Part shown: positions 13,743 to 26,727 of the stretch, in pieces
Position numbering within the stretch: position 1 is the first letter of the stretch
Layout of the letters: each line of letters starts with the position of its first letter
Position numbers and translations under genes: made by a program
Assembly: GCF_030684315.1 (NCBI RefSeq)
Contig: NC_081381.1
Location: 32,656,784 to 32,720,783 of the forward strand
From: Stegostoma tigrinum
Lineage: Eukaryota
Length of the DNA stretch: 64,000 nt
Reading direction: 5' to 3'
The notes under the pieces: generated by a model
Told to the model about the DNA's origin: nothing
Databases searched by the model: none
The model's input: the letters and a program-made list of their open reading frames with translations, nothing else

Positions 13743-15895
13743 TGTTTTATACATGTGGTGGGGTCACCTGTTGTGCAACATGAACCCAAGATCATGGTTG
13801 AGACCACGCTCATGGGTATGGAACTTGGCAACCAGCCTCTGCTCAGCAATTTTGCGTCATTGTGTATAAAATGAAAAATTGGGGTCCCAACACTGACGCT
13901 TGCGGAACACCAGTAGTCACCAGCTGCCAGGTTGAGAAGGACTCTTTTATCCCCACTCTTTGTCTTCTGCCAGAAAGTCAATCTTCTATCCACACCAGTA
14001 TCTTGCCTCTAACACCACAGGCTCTTATTTTACTCAGCAGCCTCCTGTGCGGCACTTTATGAAAGACCTTCTGGAAATCCACGTAGATAACATCCATTGG
14101 CTCTTCTTTGTCTATCCTGCTCCTTACCTCCTCAAATAATTCTAACAGATTTATCAGGCATGACCTTCCCTTGATGAAACTATGCTGACTTTGCCCTATT
14201 TTACCATGCACTTCCAAGTATTTAGAAATATTATCCTCCACAATGGACTTTAAAACCTTACCAAAGACAGGATCAGGGTAATCAGCCTGTAATTTCCCAT
14301 CTTTTGCCTTACTCTTTTCTTAAAATGGGAGGTGTTACCTTAGTGATTTTTCAGCCCTCTGGGACCCTTCCTGACTCCAGCAATGCCTGAAAGATCACCA
14401 CTAACACCCCCACTATCTCTTCAGATATGTCCTTCAGAACTCTGGGGTGTAGTCCACCTGGTCCAGGTTATTTAACCACCTTCAGACCTTTCAGTTTTTC
14501 TACTACCTTCTCCTTGGTGATGGTCAATATACTCACTTACGAATTTTTGGTATGTTACTCGTGTCCTCTACCGTGAAGACTAACACAAAGCACTTATTCA
14601 GTTCCTCTGCCATTTCTTTGTTTCCTGTTACTACTTCTCCAGTGTCATTTTCCAGTGGCCCAATGTCCACTTCAGTCTCTCTCTTGCCTTTTATAAGAAA
14701 CTCTTGCAATCTTGGTTTACATTACTGGCTAGCTTACCTTCATATTTAATCTTCTCCACCCTTACTTCTGTGTTAGTTGTCCTCTGTTCGTCTTTGTAAG
14801 CTTCCCACTCCCCTGTCCTTTGCCATATTATATGCATTCTCTATTGCTGCTCCTGGCTTCCCTTGTTAGCCACGTTCTCAACCTTTCTTTAGTATGCTTT
14901 TTTACCTTAGGATGAAGTTTTGCTGTGTCTCCCACATTACTCCTAGAAACTCCTGCCATTACTATTACACTGCCTTTCCTGCTAGGATCCTCTTCCAGTC
15001 AATTCTGGCCAGATCCTTCCTCATGCCTCTGTAGTTGCCTTTATGCAACCATAAAACTGTTACATCTACATCCAGCTTCTCCCTCTCAAATTACAGAGTA
15101 AATGCTATCATATTATAGTCACTGCCTCCTAAGGGACCCTTTAGTCTAAGCTCCCTTATAATGCCTTCCTCATTGCACATCACTAGATCCGGAATTGTTC
15201 CAAAAAGCCATCTCATAGACATTCCATAAATTCTTTTTCTTGTGATCCACTACCAACCTGATTTTCACAGTCCACCTCCATATTGAAATCCCCATGACCG
15301 GTGTAAACTTGCCTTTCTTAGACACCTTTTCTATCTCCTGGTGTATCTTGTGCCCCACATCCTGACTACTGTTTGGTGGCCTGTACATAACTCCAATTAT
15401 GGTTCTCTTACCTTCGCAGTTCCTCAACACCTACCCACACAGATTCTACATCATCTGACCCTACATTGTTTCTCGCTATCAATTTAATTTAATTTCTTAC
15501 TAATAAGGCAACCCGAACCTCTCTGCCCACCTGCTTGTCTGCTTGTCTTTTCAATACGCTGTATATCTTTGGATATTTAGCTCCCAGTCCTGATCCACTT
15601 ATAGCCATGTCTCCTTGATGCCCACCACATCATACCTACCAATTTTAATCTGCGCCACAAGCTCATTTACCTTATTTTGTATACTGTGCGCAGTTAGATA
15701 CAACACCTTCAGTCCTGTGTTTACTGTCCCTCTTCTTATTGTCATCCTTTTATCCTATGCGCTTGAAGTTAGATTCATAATCTTTTCCAAACACTCTGTC
15801 CTACTTTGGGTTCAGGAGGCATAGACACAGGGTGAAATTAAACCTGCGCCCCTGACACTGAGAAGCAGCAGTGCTAAACACTGAGCCACCGTGCC
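11875..15895 (-). mobile_element. HE1-type V-SINE split by a CR1 insertion (about 12111-15820), which itself carries a nested composite (about 13020-13865)
   Basis: SINE 3' part at 11875-12110 and 5' tRNA head at 15822-15895 (ggcacggtggctcagtgtttagcactgctgc). CR1 APE (GVMYRPPNSS) and RT (DFQKVFHKVPH) remnants; cataagac tail. Confidence 0.85.
13665..13740. repeat. (GT)38 microsatellite
   Basis: Perfect dinucleotide run inside a Penelope-like fragment. Confidence 0.98.
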
Positions 15896-16719
15896 TCCCC
15901 ATGTTCTCTGTGTTCTTTAACTCAATATGCTACACCATTCTACTCCAACACATCTCCTTGATTCTCCAGCTCAGTCAGACCTCACCAGAGAATCACCAGC
16001 AATGACTTGTAATCTTGCACCCACAACATTAGCTTTGGTATCCCAAAATATTCAAGTTGGTTCAAGTTGGTGCTGGAGAGTGGCACCATATTGCGAGCTG
16101 CCTACAGCAGATCTTATTCTTATATATCTTTTAATCATTCTGCTCCTCTAAACCTCAATTTTAAGTCTATCAGAATTACTAACAATGTTCACTTAAATCT
16201 ACTTTCGGGTTTAAAGACTCTCTGACCGATGAGACCAAATTATTGATGCTGGAACTGCAAGTCTAGAGGAATCAAAGGCCTACCAGCTTCCCACAAGCCC
16301 AACCATTTCTTGAAAACCTGCAACTGAGGCTCAAGGAACAAGACCTGGCTCCATAGCGACCTGACCAGGGAGGCCACAAAATACCAAATGCAAGACCTCC
16401 TGCAGTGCTTGTGAGCAAGACTAGTGCCCAGGATCCCACTGGACGGATCCACTTATCTTGCTGCACTGGAACCGCAAGCCCAGAGGGATCAGAAGCCTTC
16501 CAGCCTCTTGCAAGCCTGACCTCCCCGGCCTTGAGGAAACCTGGAACCGAGGACCGACCAGCGACCAACAAGAGCTGACCTCACGGTGACATGACATCAA
16601 GAAGGCCTGAACAAACCAACCCCAAAACCTCCGTGAACACTGAAGACTGTGACTGGTGTCCAGGACCCTACTGGGCACACATTTACTTGTCAGAGCAGCA
16701 AATTTCCTTGACTGACACC

Positions 16720-19125
16720 TGGGATTGACTAGGAGCAGCGACCTACCCAGGAAACGCGCAGGACGCACTGGACTTCAGGTGACGCTGAAACTTCAGGGTT
16801 TCAAGTGCCCCATCCTCAGCATCCTCCTGGCAAACATCCAAGCCATTGAAAACAAGACGGATGAACTTAAAGGTAGACTCACCTTCCAAAGGGCAGTGAG
16901 AGACTGCTGTGTGCTCCATTTTACAGGGACATAGCTCACTCCAGCTACACCTGACTGTACCTTAGAACTTGAGAGTTTCTCAGTTCACCGAATGAACTGC
17001 TCAGCATCCTTGCACTAAGCAAGGGGCAGTGGGGTCTGCCTCCTAATCGACACCTCCTAGGCAAGGCGATCCTGTTTAGTTACTGCTCCCTGGGCTTACA
17101 GTAAAGTTTCCTTTATACTACCTACCCTGAGTTCACCTCCACTATCCTGAATACAGTCTACATTCCATCCCATGCAGAAATGAAGACTGCAGTTGATGTA
17201 ATATACAACACTACAAAGTATCTTGATACAGAATACTCTGGGGTTTTGTTCATCGTAGCCGGTAACTTCAATTAGGCCAACCTCATGAAGATATTGTCAA
17301 CACATCTCCTGTCCCACCACAGGTCTGAACATCATTGACCATTGCTATCCAACCAAAGATGCCTGCCACTCCATTCACCATCTGTAGTTTGGAAAATCAG
17401 ATCACAATCCTATGCTCCTCCTCGTCCTGCTATAAAAGCAGAAATTGAAGCATCAGGACCCAGTATAGAAAGTAGTGCAGCGTTGATGTTAGTAAAAAGA
17501 AGGGCTTCTATGGCACTGCTTGGAGTCAGTGGATTGCTCCATATTCAAGAACTCAGCAGCCACCTATCCCAACAGCCTTGGGTGCGCCTGTGCCATCGGT
17601 CACTATTGCAGATGTTACACTGGAATCTCTGAGAATGAGCCCATGGAAAGTGACTGGCCAGATGGAGTCCCTTGCCCAGATCCTGTGCAGACCTGCTGGC
17701 AGGTGTATTCGCAGATATCTTTAAAGTCTCCTTATTACGATCTGAAGTTCCTACCTTGTATGAGAAGGCCACCATCATCCTGGTGCCAAAGAAAAATAAT
17801 AGTGTGCCTCAATGACTACCACCCACTGGCTCTGATCACCACAATTTTAGAGTGCTTTGAAAGGTTAGTCATAAATCACATCAACTCCAGCCTACCAAGC
17901 TGCCTTGATCCTTTGCAATTCCCCTAACGGTGCATCAGCTCCACAGTAGATACCATCTCCCTGGGCCTATGCTCATTCCTGAACCATCTGGTTAACAAGG
18001 ATGCCCACATCAAGCTCCAATTTGTTTACTTTAGCTCTACATTCAACACTATAATAAAACTCATCTCTAAACTCTGAAACCTAGGTCTTGGCACCCTCTC
18101 CATAACTGGATCCTCAACTTCTGACCTATAAATCACAATCAGTAAGGCTAGACGCCAACATCTCCTTCACCATAATCCTCAACACTGCTGTCCTGCAAGG
18201 CTGCGTCCTCAGCCCCCTATTATGTACCTTATTCACTTACAATTGTGTGGCCAAATGCTGCCCCAACTCCATTTACAAGTTTGCTGATGACACCACCGAT
18301 ATAGGTCAGATCTCAAACAACAACAAGACAAAATACAGAAAAGAGATTGAGCACTTAGCAGTATGGAGTAAAGACAACAATCTCTCTATCAATGCCAGCA
18401 AAATGAAGCAGCCAGTCATTGACTTCAGGAGGCAGAATGCAGGGCAGGCCCCTGTCTGCTTCAATGATGATGAGGTGGAAATGGTCAACAGCTCATCTCC
18501 TGGGAATGATGATCTCCAACAATCTGTCCTGGTCCAACCATGGTGACTCAATGGTCAAGAAAACACAACAATGTCTCTGCTTCCTCAGAAGACTAAGGAA
18601 ATTCGGCACGCTCAAAAGGATTCTTACCAATTTTAATAGATGCACTATAGAAAGCATCCTGTCTGGATCCATCACAGTGTGATATTGCAACTGCCCTTCA
18701 CAAGACCATGGACAGTTGAGAACACAACCCAGTCCATCACACAAACAAACCTTCTATCCACTGCCTCCATTTATACTTCCCGCTGCCTTTGGAAAGTAAC
18801 CAATACAATCAACAACCCCTCCCACCCTGGTTTTGCTCTCTTCCATCCTTTTCTGTCGGGCAGAAGGTATAAAAGTTTGAATACATGTAAGAACAATTAC
18901 AAGAACAGCTTCTTCCCTGCTGTTATTAAACTTTTGCATGGATCTCACCAATGTTAATTCTGATCTCTCTCTCTGCACCTTCTCTGCAGTTGTAACACCA
19001 TATTTTGCACTCTGTTTGACTACCTTTATGCACTTTGTATGGTACAATCTGCTTGTATAGTACACAAAACCGCATTTTTCATTGTATCTCAGTGTGTGTC
19101 ACTACAACAAATCAAACTCAGACTC
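16720..19125 (+). mobile_element. Rex1/Babar-type LINE, decayed and internally deleted
   Basis: PILSILLANIQAIENKTDEL (APE start), CLNDYHPLALITTILECFERLV, LDPLQF, YKFADDTT, FLRRLRKF, RCTIESILSG, NSFFPAVIKLL; TCAAA-type tail. Confidence 0.85.
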
Positions 19126-21324
19126 AAATATCTATCCTTTGTCATACTTCTATGTACTGCCTTTAGGTGGTATCATCGGAAGGCATGGATTTCATTTCAT
19201 GGACTGGCAACAACCAGTTCCATGTCACATCCCAACTCTATACTGTGCTACTGGTAAGCAGGATACTTAGTGTATGCAAAATCAAAGACATTCTGTTCAA
19301 GTTCCTGCCAGAAGCCCCACATCATAACTTAATTATATCCTTTAGCTGTTTGGTCAGAGCAAACACTAAGATGCACTACTTTACTTGTCTCTAACCAAGC
19401 TTCACGTTGCATATTCTATCAATCACCAGGGTCATTTATTTTTAACATCACAGCATTGTTCACTTCCATCCCCTACTTTATCTCCAATCAGTGGTGAAAC
19501 CCTCATCCACACCTTTCTCACACTCCAGTTCAACTTTTCAAACCTTCCCTTAATCATCCTGCAAAAATTACAACTTAACCGAAACTCCAATCACCTAACC
19601 CTCTAAGACCGCTGCCCCTGACAATCTCCAGTGACTCTCCACCTCCCAATCTACTGAATTTAAATCATGTTCCTTTTCCTAAATCCTTCTGTAGATCCAC
19701 CTTTCCTGGCATCTGCAACTTGGTGTCAACTCTGAGCATCAAAATAACTATTTCATTCTTTTAGCTCTGGCCCAGTTTGTACCAATGCTTCCAAACAAAA
19801 CTTCACTTTCTCATTACTTCACTTCCATCCTTAAAAAGTTAATTTTATATGTTAATCATAGGGTCATCAAGATATTGGTCGATACAGGTCTTGGCAACTT
19901 CCCTTTACCTAATCTATAAGTTTGCATACATTAACACTTCCATTTACATGAAAGCTTTGCCAACTTCAACTAAACAGTGTTTAGAGTTTACAGATTAAAT
20001 GTCCTTTGCCTTGTGAAAAAACATGAATTTGACTGTCAAAGTACAGGCTCAAGAAATACAATCTGAAGTCACTCAGATTCCTGTACCTCAAATTTTAACA
20101 ACATATCGCAGGACATAGACTCCCTTGTCCAATAAAAACACAATACTTACAGAAACTGTCTGTGGCATTGCTAAGTGTCAGTGCAGCCACTGTCTGTCCT
20201 GGTCCACGCTTATTACTTCCTTCTATATAGTATCGTAATTAAAACATCAAAATGTGTTTGGAAACAAAGCGTTACCATGGAACTGCTCGGCTTTCTACAT
20301 CCAGGAGTGCTGGGGTGCTATTTGGGCTAGTAGCAACATGCTCTTCTGGATTATTGAAATCAGAGCCCTCCACTTTTACAACAGTATAATTAAACTGCAG
20401 ACTAATGGTGTACAGAAATCACGGGTAGGTGCAGCATAGGACATTCCTGAACAAACTGAGGGAAAAGCTGCAAATGAATCACTAGATTAGGCCCCTTGAA
20501 AGACTCACAGTCATTCTGATACAGTATATTATCCCGCCAAAACAGCATTTCTGGATAAGAAAAGGATACACTTCCACAGTATAAAAATATGAAAAGATGG
20601 AAAAGGGAGACAAATAAAGGAAGACTTATGAAAACCAATTATCAGTGGAATAACACAGATTATTACACCCACAAAACAATGGTTACTTCTTTGGGGGCAC
20701 TTATATATTCCTCAACAGTTCATAGTTAGTCAGTGATATCAATGTTACTGAGCTCTGCATTCTCTACAGACACATACCACAAGGCTAGCAAGACATTTAA
20801 AACACTAGCCTAAGAAGTTCCAAACAGTACAGATACAGCAAAGTATGAAGCATCAACAAAACATCTCCACAGCAGATACAATTAAACAAACTGCAAGATT
20901 ACTACTTGTGCATTCTTCTTTCCAAGACAGCATGATATGCAGCCAGGAGAGCATTGAGAATCTTTCTGTAAGCCAGCTCCCTTAGAAACAATTTCAAGAG
21001 TAAATCTTAATTTGCTAGCATGCCATGCAACAATAACACAGGTCTAGAGTGTTAAAACATGTGCCAATATCCTACTGTGTTCTAAAACATTTTTACAAAT
21101 GATCCAAGCAGAGAATTATATGAAGATTCTCTTCACAGAGGAAATGATCAGATTCCAAAATCTTCTGCCAAAAGGACCCTCACCAACTATTTTCCAGACA
21201 GCAAAAAAATTATACTTGTCATTTGAAAAGTGGAAAGCATTCCAGAGTCACAATACAATCAAGTAACTCAATTTTTGGGTTATAGTAAAGCTATTGTAAA
21301 ATATATTTTTAAAAAGTAGTCACC

Positions 21325-21508
21325 ATAGTCCCAAGATGTCCCGAGAGTTGCTTAGTGGTGGTCATCATGTCTCAGGCAAGGGGAGAAGATGAGAAAGAGG
21401 GACTCTTATGGTAACTTCAGTCAGAACAGGGATTGAATCCACATTTAGTGGCGTTATTCAGCATTGCAAACCAGTCAGTCATTCAGTCAACTGAGCTAAC
21501 AGACTCCC
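21325..21508 (-). mobile_element. Short tRNA-derived SINE (second copy about 49020-49226 -)
   Basis: The minus strand starts gttagctcagttg(a/g)ctg; the two copies share a body and a catagtccca end. Confidence 0.65.
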
Positions 21509-21604
21509 AAATATATTATATATCTCAAAGCACTCTACAGCTAATGAAATTGCTTTAAAGTGTAGTCAATAATGAAGGAAATGCACCAGCAAATTTTCAC
21601 AGAA

Positions 21605-22442
21605 TAAGATATTGACAGGATGCAGAGATGGGCTGAGAGGTGGCAGATGGAGTTCAACCTGGATAAATGCGAGGTGATGCATTTTGGAAGGTCGAATTTG
21701 AAAGCTGAGTACAGGATTAAGGATAGGATTCTTGGCAGCGTGGAGGAACAGAGGGATCTTGGTGTGCAGATACATAGATCCCTTAAAATGGCCACCCAAG
21801 TGGACAGGGTTGTTAAGAAAGCATATGGTGTTTTGGCTTTCATTAACAGGGGGATTGAGTTTAAGAGTCGTGAGATCTTGTTGCAGCTCTATAAAACTTT
21901 GGTTAGACCGCACTTGGAATACTGCGTCCAGTTCTGGGCGCCCTATTATAGGAAAGATGTGGATGCTTTGGAGAGGGTTCAGAGGAGGTTTACCAGGATG
22001 CTGCCTGGACTGGAGGGCTTATCTTATGAAGAGAGGTTGACTGAGCTCGGTCTCTTTTCATTGGAGAAAAGGAGGAGGAGAGGGGACCTAATTGAGGTAT
22101 ACAAGATAATGAGAGGCATGGATAGAGTCGATAGCCAGAGACTATTTCCCAGGGCAGAAATGGCTAGCACGAGGGGTCATAGTTTTAAGCTGGTTGGTGG
22201 AAAGTATAGAGGGGATGTCAGAGGCAGGTTCTTTACGCAGAGAGTTGTGAGAGCATGGAATGCGTTGCCAGCAGCAGTTGTGGAAGCAAGGTCATTGGGG
22301 TCATTTAAGAGACTGCTGGACATGCATATGGTCACAGAAATTTGAGGGTGCATCCATGAGGATCAATGGTCGGCACAACATTGTGGGCTGAAGGGCCTGT
22401 TCTGTGCTGTACTGTTCTATGTTCTATGTTCTATGTTCTATG
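21605..22442 (+). mobile_element. Young 5'-truncated CR1 LINE with an uninterrupted C-terminal ORF
   Basis: 241-aa stop-free ORF at 21620-22345 with CpGs retained and about four TTCTATG tail units; inserted into an older SINE. Confidence 0.95.
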
Positions 22443-23274
22443 ATAATGACTGGATAATCTGTTGTTGTGCTGTCGACCAGGTGATAAAATTGGTCGGAAC
22501 ATCGAAGAGAATTTTCTTGCTCTTCTTTGAAATAGGACCATGGGATTTTTACAACCTCATGAGACAGCAGACTCATCTCCCAATCCACTTTTAATACCAC
22601 ACTGGAATGTCAGTTCAGACTTTTATGCCCAAGTTTCTGGAACCAGACCTAATCCCACAATATTCTGAATCAAAAGTAAGGTCTAAGCCTCTCGACTGGC
22701 TGTGTTCTGCAACCTAATACATTTGCTAAATAAAACTTGGATATCTGAAACAAAACCTGTTCTGTTGATATGTCACTGGGCTTGAAACATTAACTCTGCT
22801 TTCTTGCTACAGATGCTGCTAGACCTGCTGAGTTTTACCAACAGTCATTTTTTGTCATAAATTTTCTAAACTTGTATATAGTTTTCTTTGAATTTTCTTT
22901 TGAAATAGGCTTGAATTTTAACCAACAGTCTCTTGTGTGGAACCTTACCAAGTATCTTCTAGAAATCCATACAAACCCTATTCAAAGATATTTCTCTGTG
23001 AAAATGAGTGTAGCTATTTCCTCAACATATTTAATTAGTAGTTCATATTAATCCTGTTTTGCTGGAATGAAACCATAAATTTTGATACACACTTTAGATC
23101 ACCAATCCATTTGTGTTCAAATGAAGGACCTGAAGTAGTATAATCTAAAAAAGAAAATAACTCTAAGTCTTAAAAGCTGTTTCAACAATAATAAAGCATG
23201 TGCAGATACAAAGAACAGTAAGTCATATCAATATTGCCAAGGGTACAGAGATCAGCTTAATTACACAAATGTCT

Positions 23275-24010
23275 TCTGCCTAGGTAGTCCCTCAGGACTG
23301 GAGAAAACATACCTTCATTCTGAGTTGACTGGCTATGCCAATGCACGACATGCAGACATTGCTACGTGCTTGTAAGGTCTGGCAGATGAGGTGGTTGGAG
23401 GTTTAGGCGCTGTCTGTGACATCACAACTTTGCTTCTGCGTGGTCCCAACAAAGCCTCTTGGTGTTTTCACAAATAAATATTCATTACTTTAGTTGATCA
23501 CAAGCCAGGAATCCCATAGGTCAATAGAGATGTTTGACCTCTTCACAGATGCTTTGACCACGTCCACAAAGAAATTGAAAAAAATCACTCAATAGCTGAG
23601 AAATAACAAAACCTCTGGGGCAGATGGAATCCTTGCCAGAATTCTGATTTCTGGCAGAAATACATTCCTGACACACTGCAAAGCCTCATATTCCTTATCA
23701 AGAAAAACAAGCGCATGCTGGGGATCTCAGGGATTTTGTGATCATCACTGTTTTCAAGAAGTGAGTCAAGTCTGATTGTGGTATCTAAAGTGGAGTCTCT
23801 TTGCTGTCTGCCACTAGGATGCTCATTGCATGAATCCTTATAAATTGTTTCCTCCCACTTGTTGAGGAACACCTTCAAGATTGAGAGACATCACAGACAC
23901 GACATTCACTACATGGCAAATTCAAGAAAAATGCACAGGACAACCCCTTTTTTGATTTCATGAATGCCTTTGACACTGAAAAGTGCATGAGTTTTGGTAC
24001 CTTAGGATAC
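23275..24010. mobile_element. RTE-clade LINE remnants (both orientations); a further remnant at about 42130-42660 (-)
   Basis: Degenerate DGI..E / ITVFKK..KSDCG...GVSLLSAT motifs on + (about 23600-23830); RTE-like 3' end on - near 23280. Confidence 0.5.
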
Positions 24011-25280
24011 TCCTCATGAAACCAGGCATAAATCATTAAGTAGATCATCAGCTCCAATGTGTCATCACAGCCTATAGCCAACTTAGGAAAAGAGTATTTC
24101 TTTTATTGATTCATGGGATGAGGGCCTCACTGATTAGGCATGCATTTATTGCTCGTCCCTAATTGCCCAGAGGGCAGTTAAGAGTCAACTGTATTTTGTG
24201 GGCCTAGAGCCACATGTAAGCCAGACTGGGTAAGGATGTCAGATTTCCTTCCTAAAGGACATTAGTGAACCAGATGAGGTTTTTCCTGACAATCAGTAAT
24301 GTATTTATGGTCATCGTTAGACTCTTAATTCCAGATTTTTAATTGAATTCAAATTCCACCATCTGCCAATGGCAGGATTTGAACATGGATCCCAGGGGTC
24401 CAGTTTCTGGATTAGTAGTCCAGCAATAATACCACTGGGCTGTCACCTCCCCAGTTTGAGAACCAGGATCTCATATGCAAGACTAAGATTATGGGTGCCA
24501 GGTAGCTGTGGTCCTGCTTTCCTACTTGCTACATAAAGGTATAATGGTAATTGTCACAACTGTAATTACGATATTATATATTTTGTAAGAAGGCTAAGCT
24601 GACTTTTTAAAATGCATACAGGATCTTACAAAATAGCTTCCAGAAGTCACATGATTGTGCTTCTTGTTTCACTGTAGCGGGTACAAGCAGACAGACTGAT
24701 TTGTTACCTCAGTATCATTCTCAAAGGGAAATATTTAGATTTTGAGTAATTCCTAGGCCATACAATAGGATCTTTCTTAAGGTGTGAGAATGCAAAGCTT
24801 GCCAAATGGAATGACTGCTTTGAAACTGACATATCGTCCGTTTGCACTGATTATGATTGGGAGGGCTATGAGCCACCATTCGGAATTATAAGTTGAATTC
24901 CGAGAGATGCCATTTGAGATTGGGTTTGCAACATGGGTCAAAGGAAAGAAAACCAGCTGAAAGACTACTGTACTGAACTAGGCTACCAAGAACCACAATC
25001 TGCAGCACCAGAGAAATTAAACAAAGAAGCCTTCACCCCTGCTCAGAAACTGTTCCGTTCAGTCCACCTGACAGAAATATTCAAATATGTGGCTACAGAG
25101 GCCAACACAGCTACTGAATTGTGACTTAAAGTTTACAACCCCTTCACTCTGAAAGAGTAATAGAGTCATAGAATTATGCAGCATGGAAACAGACCCTTCA
25201 GTCCAATTCACCTGCACTGAAAAGATATTCTAAACTAATCTAGTCCCACTTGCCAGCATTTGGCCCATATCCCTTTAAAC

Positions 25281-25587
25281 GTTTAGAATTCACGGCTTGA
25301 GAGAAGATTTGTAGCTCGGGTACTGGGTGTAGATGTTGGTGTGTTTGCCAAGCTGGGAAGTTTGATAGCAGATGTTTCGTCCCCTTCTTAGGTGACATCC
25401 TCAGTGTTGTGGAGCCTCCTGTGAAGCGCTGCTGTCTTGTGCCCATTCAAATTTGTATGGTCCAGTTTTTGCTCCTTCTGGTAGGTGCTGGTTATGCCTC
25501 TGCATTGTAATGGTTGGTATATTGAGTCTAATTCAATGTGTTTGTTGATGGAACCTGCAAATGAATGCCAAGCGTCCAAGAATTCCC
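25281..25587 (-). mobile_element. Penelope-like element 3' end (endonuclease C-terminal tail plus pLTR with hammerhead)
   Basis: EFLDAWHS..SINKHIELDSIYQPL resembles the end of a Poseidon/Penelope ORF. It is followed by CTGAGGA-tGTCACC..GGGGAC-GAAAC at 25404-25374. Confidence 0.7.
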
Positions 25588-25953
25588 TAGATGTCCTCTG
25601 TTTGGCATATCAAGCCAATTCAGCCTCTCTCTATACCTCAAATCCTCCAATCCCGGCATCATCCTTGATTATCTTTCCTGAACCTTCTCAAGTTTGACAA
25701 CATATTTCCTATAGCAGGGAGACCAGAATTGAATACAGTATTCTAAAAGTGGCATCATCAAATATCCTGTACAGTCACCACATGACACCCTAACTCCTAT
25801 ACTCAATGCACTGACCAACAAAGGCATGCATGTCAAACAGCTTCTTCACCACCCTGTCTATTTGAGACTCCACTTTCAAGGAATTATGCACTTGCATCTC
25901 CAGGTCTCTTTGTTTGGCAACACTCCCTACGACCCCACCATTAACTGTATAAG

Positions 25954-26066
25954 AGATGCAGATGCTGGAGTTAGAGATAACACAGTGCGGTGCTGGAGGA
26001 ACAGCAGGCCAGGCAGCATCAGAGGAGAGTGAAGTTGACATTTCGGGTCAGGACCCTTCTTCATAA
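25954..26066 (-). mobile_element. Penelope-type terminal element
   Basis: 11-bp TSD aact(g/a)tataag; degenerate hammerhead core. Confidence 0.7.
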
Positions 26067-26608
26067 AACTATATAAGTCCTACCCTGGTTTGCCTTACCA
26101 AAATGCAACACCTCACAGCTGTATAAATTAAACTCTACCTGCCACTCCTCGGCCTATTGGCCCATCTGATCAAGGTCCCACTGTACTCTGAGACAACCTT
26201 CTTCATTGTCTACTACACCACCAATTTTGGCATCATCTGCAAACTTACTAACTACACCTCCTTTATTTACATCCAAATCATTTTTATAAATGACAAAAAA
26301 CAGTGGACCCAGCACCAAGCCTTGTAGCATACCGCTGGTCACAGGCCTCCAGTGCAAAAAAAAAACCCTCTACCACCAGCCTCTATCCCTAGCTTCAAGC
26401 CAATTTTGTATCCAACTGGCTAGCTCCCCTTGGATTCCATTTGATCCAATCTTGCTAACCAGTCTACCATGTGGAACCTTGTTGAATGTCTTGCTGCAGA
26501 CAATGTCTACTGCTGTGCCTTCATCAATCTTCTTTGTCACCTCTTCAAAAAAACTCAAGTTTGTGAAATATGATTTCCCACACACAAAGCCATGTTGACT
26601 ATCCCTAA

Positions 26609-26727
26609 GCTGAGGAAGGGGGTGAGGAATTGTTCTGAGGAAGGGTCACTGGACCCGAAACATGAACTCTGTTTTCTCCTCCACAGATGCTGCCAGACCT
26701 GCTGAGCTTTTCCAGCAACTTTGTTTT
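26609..26727 (+). mobile_element. Penelope-type terminal element with hammerhead core
   Basis: 9-bp TSD tatccctaa; CTGAGGA-aGGGTCactgGACCC-GAAAC at 26635-26661. Confidence 0.75.

Noticed and set aside
13476-13993. HT/CV-repeat ORFs
   Set aside because: They are translations of the (GT)38 microsatellite.
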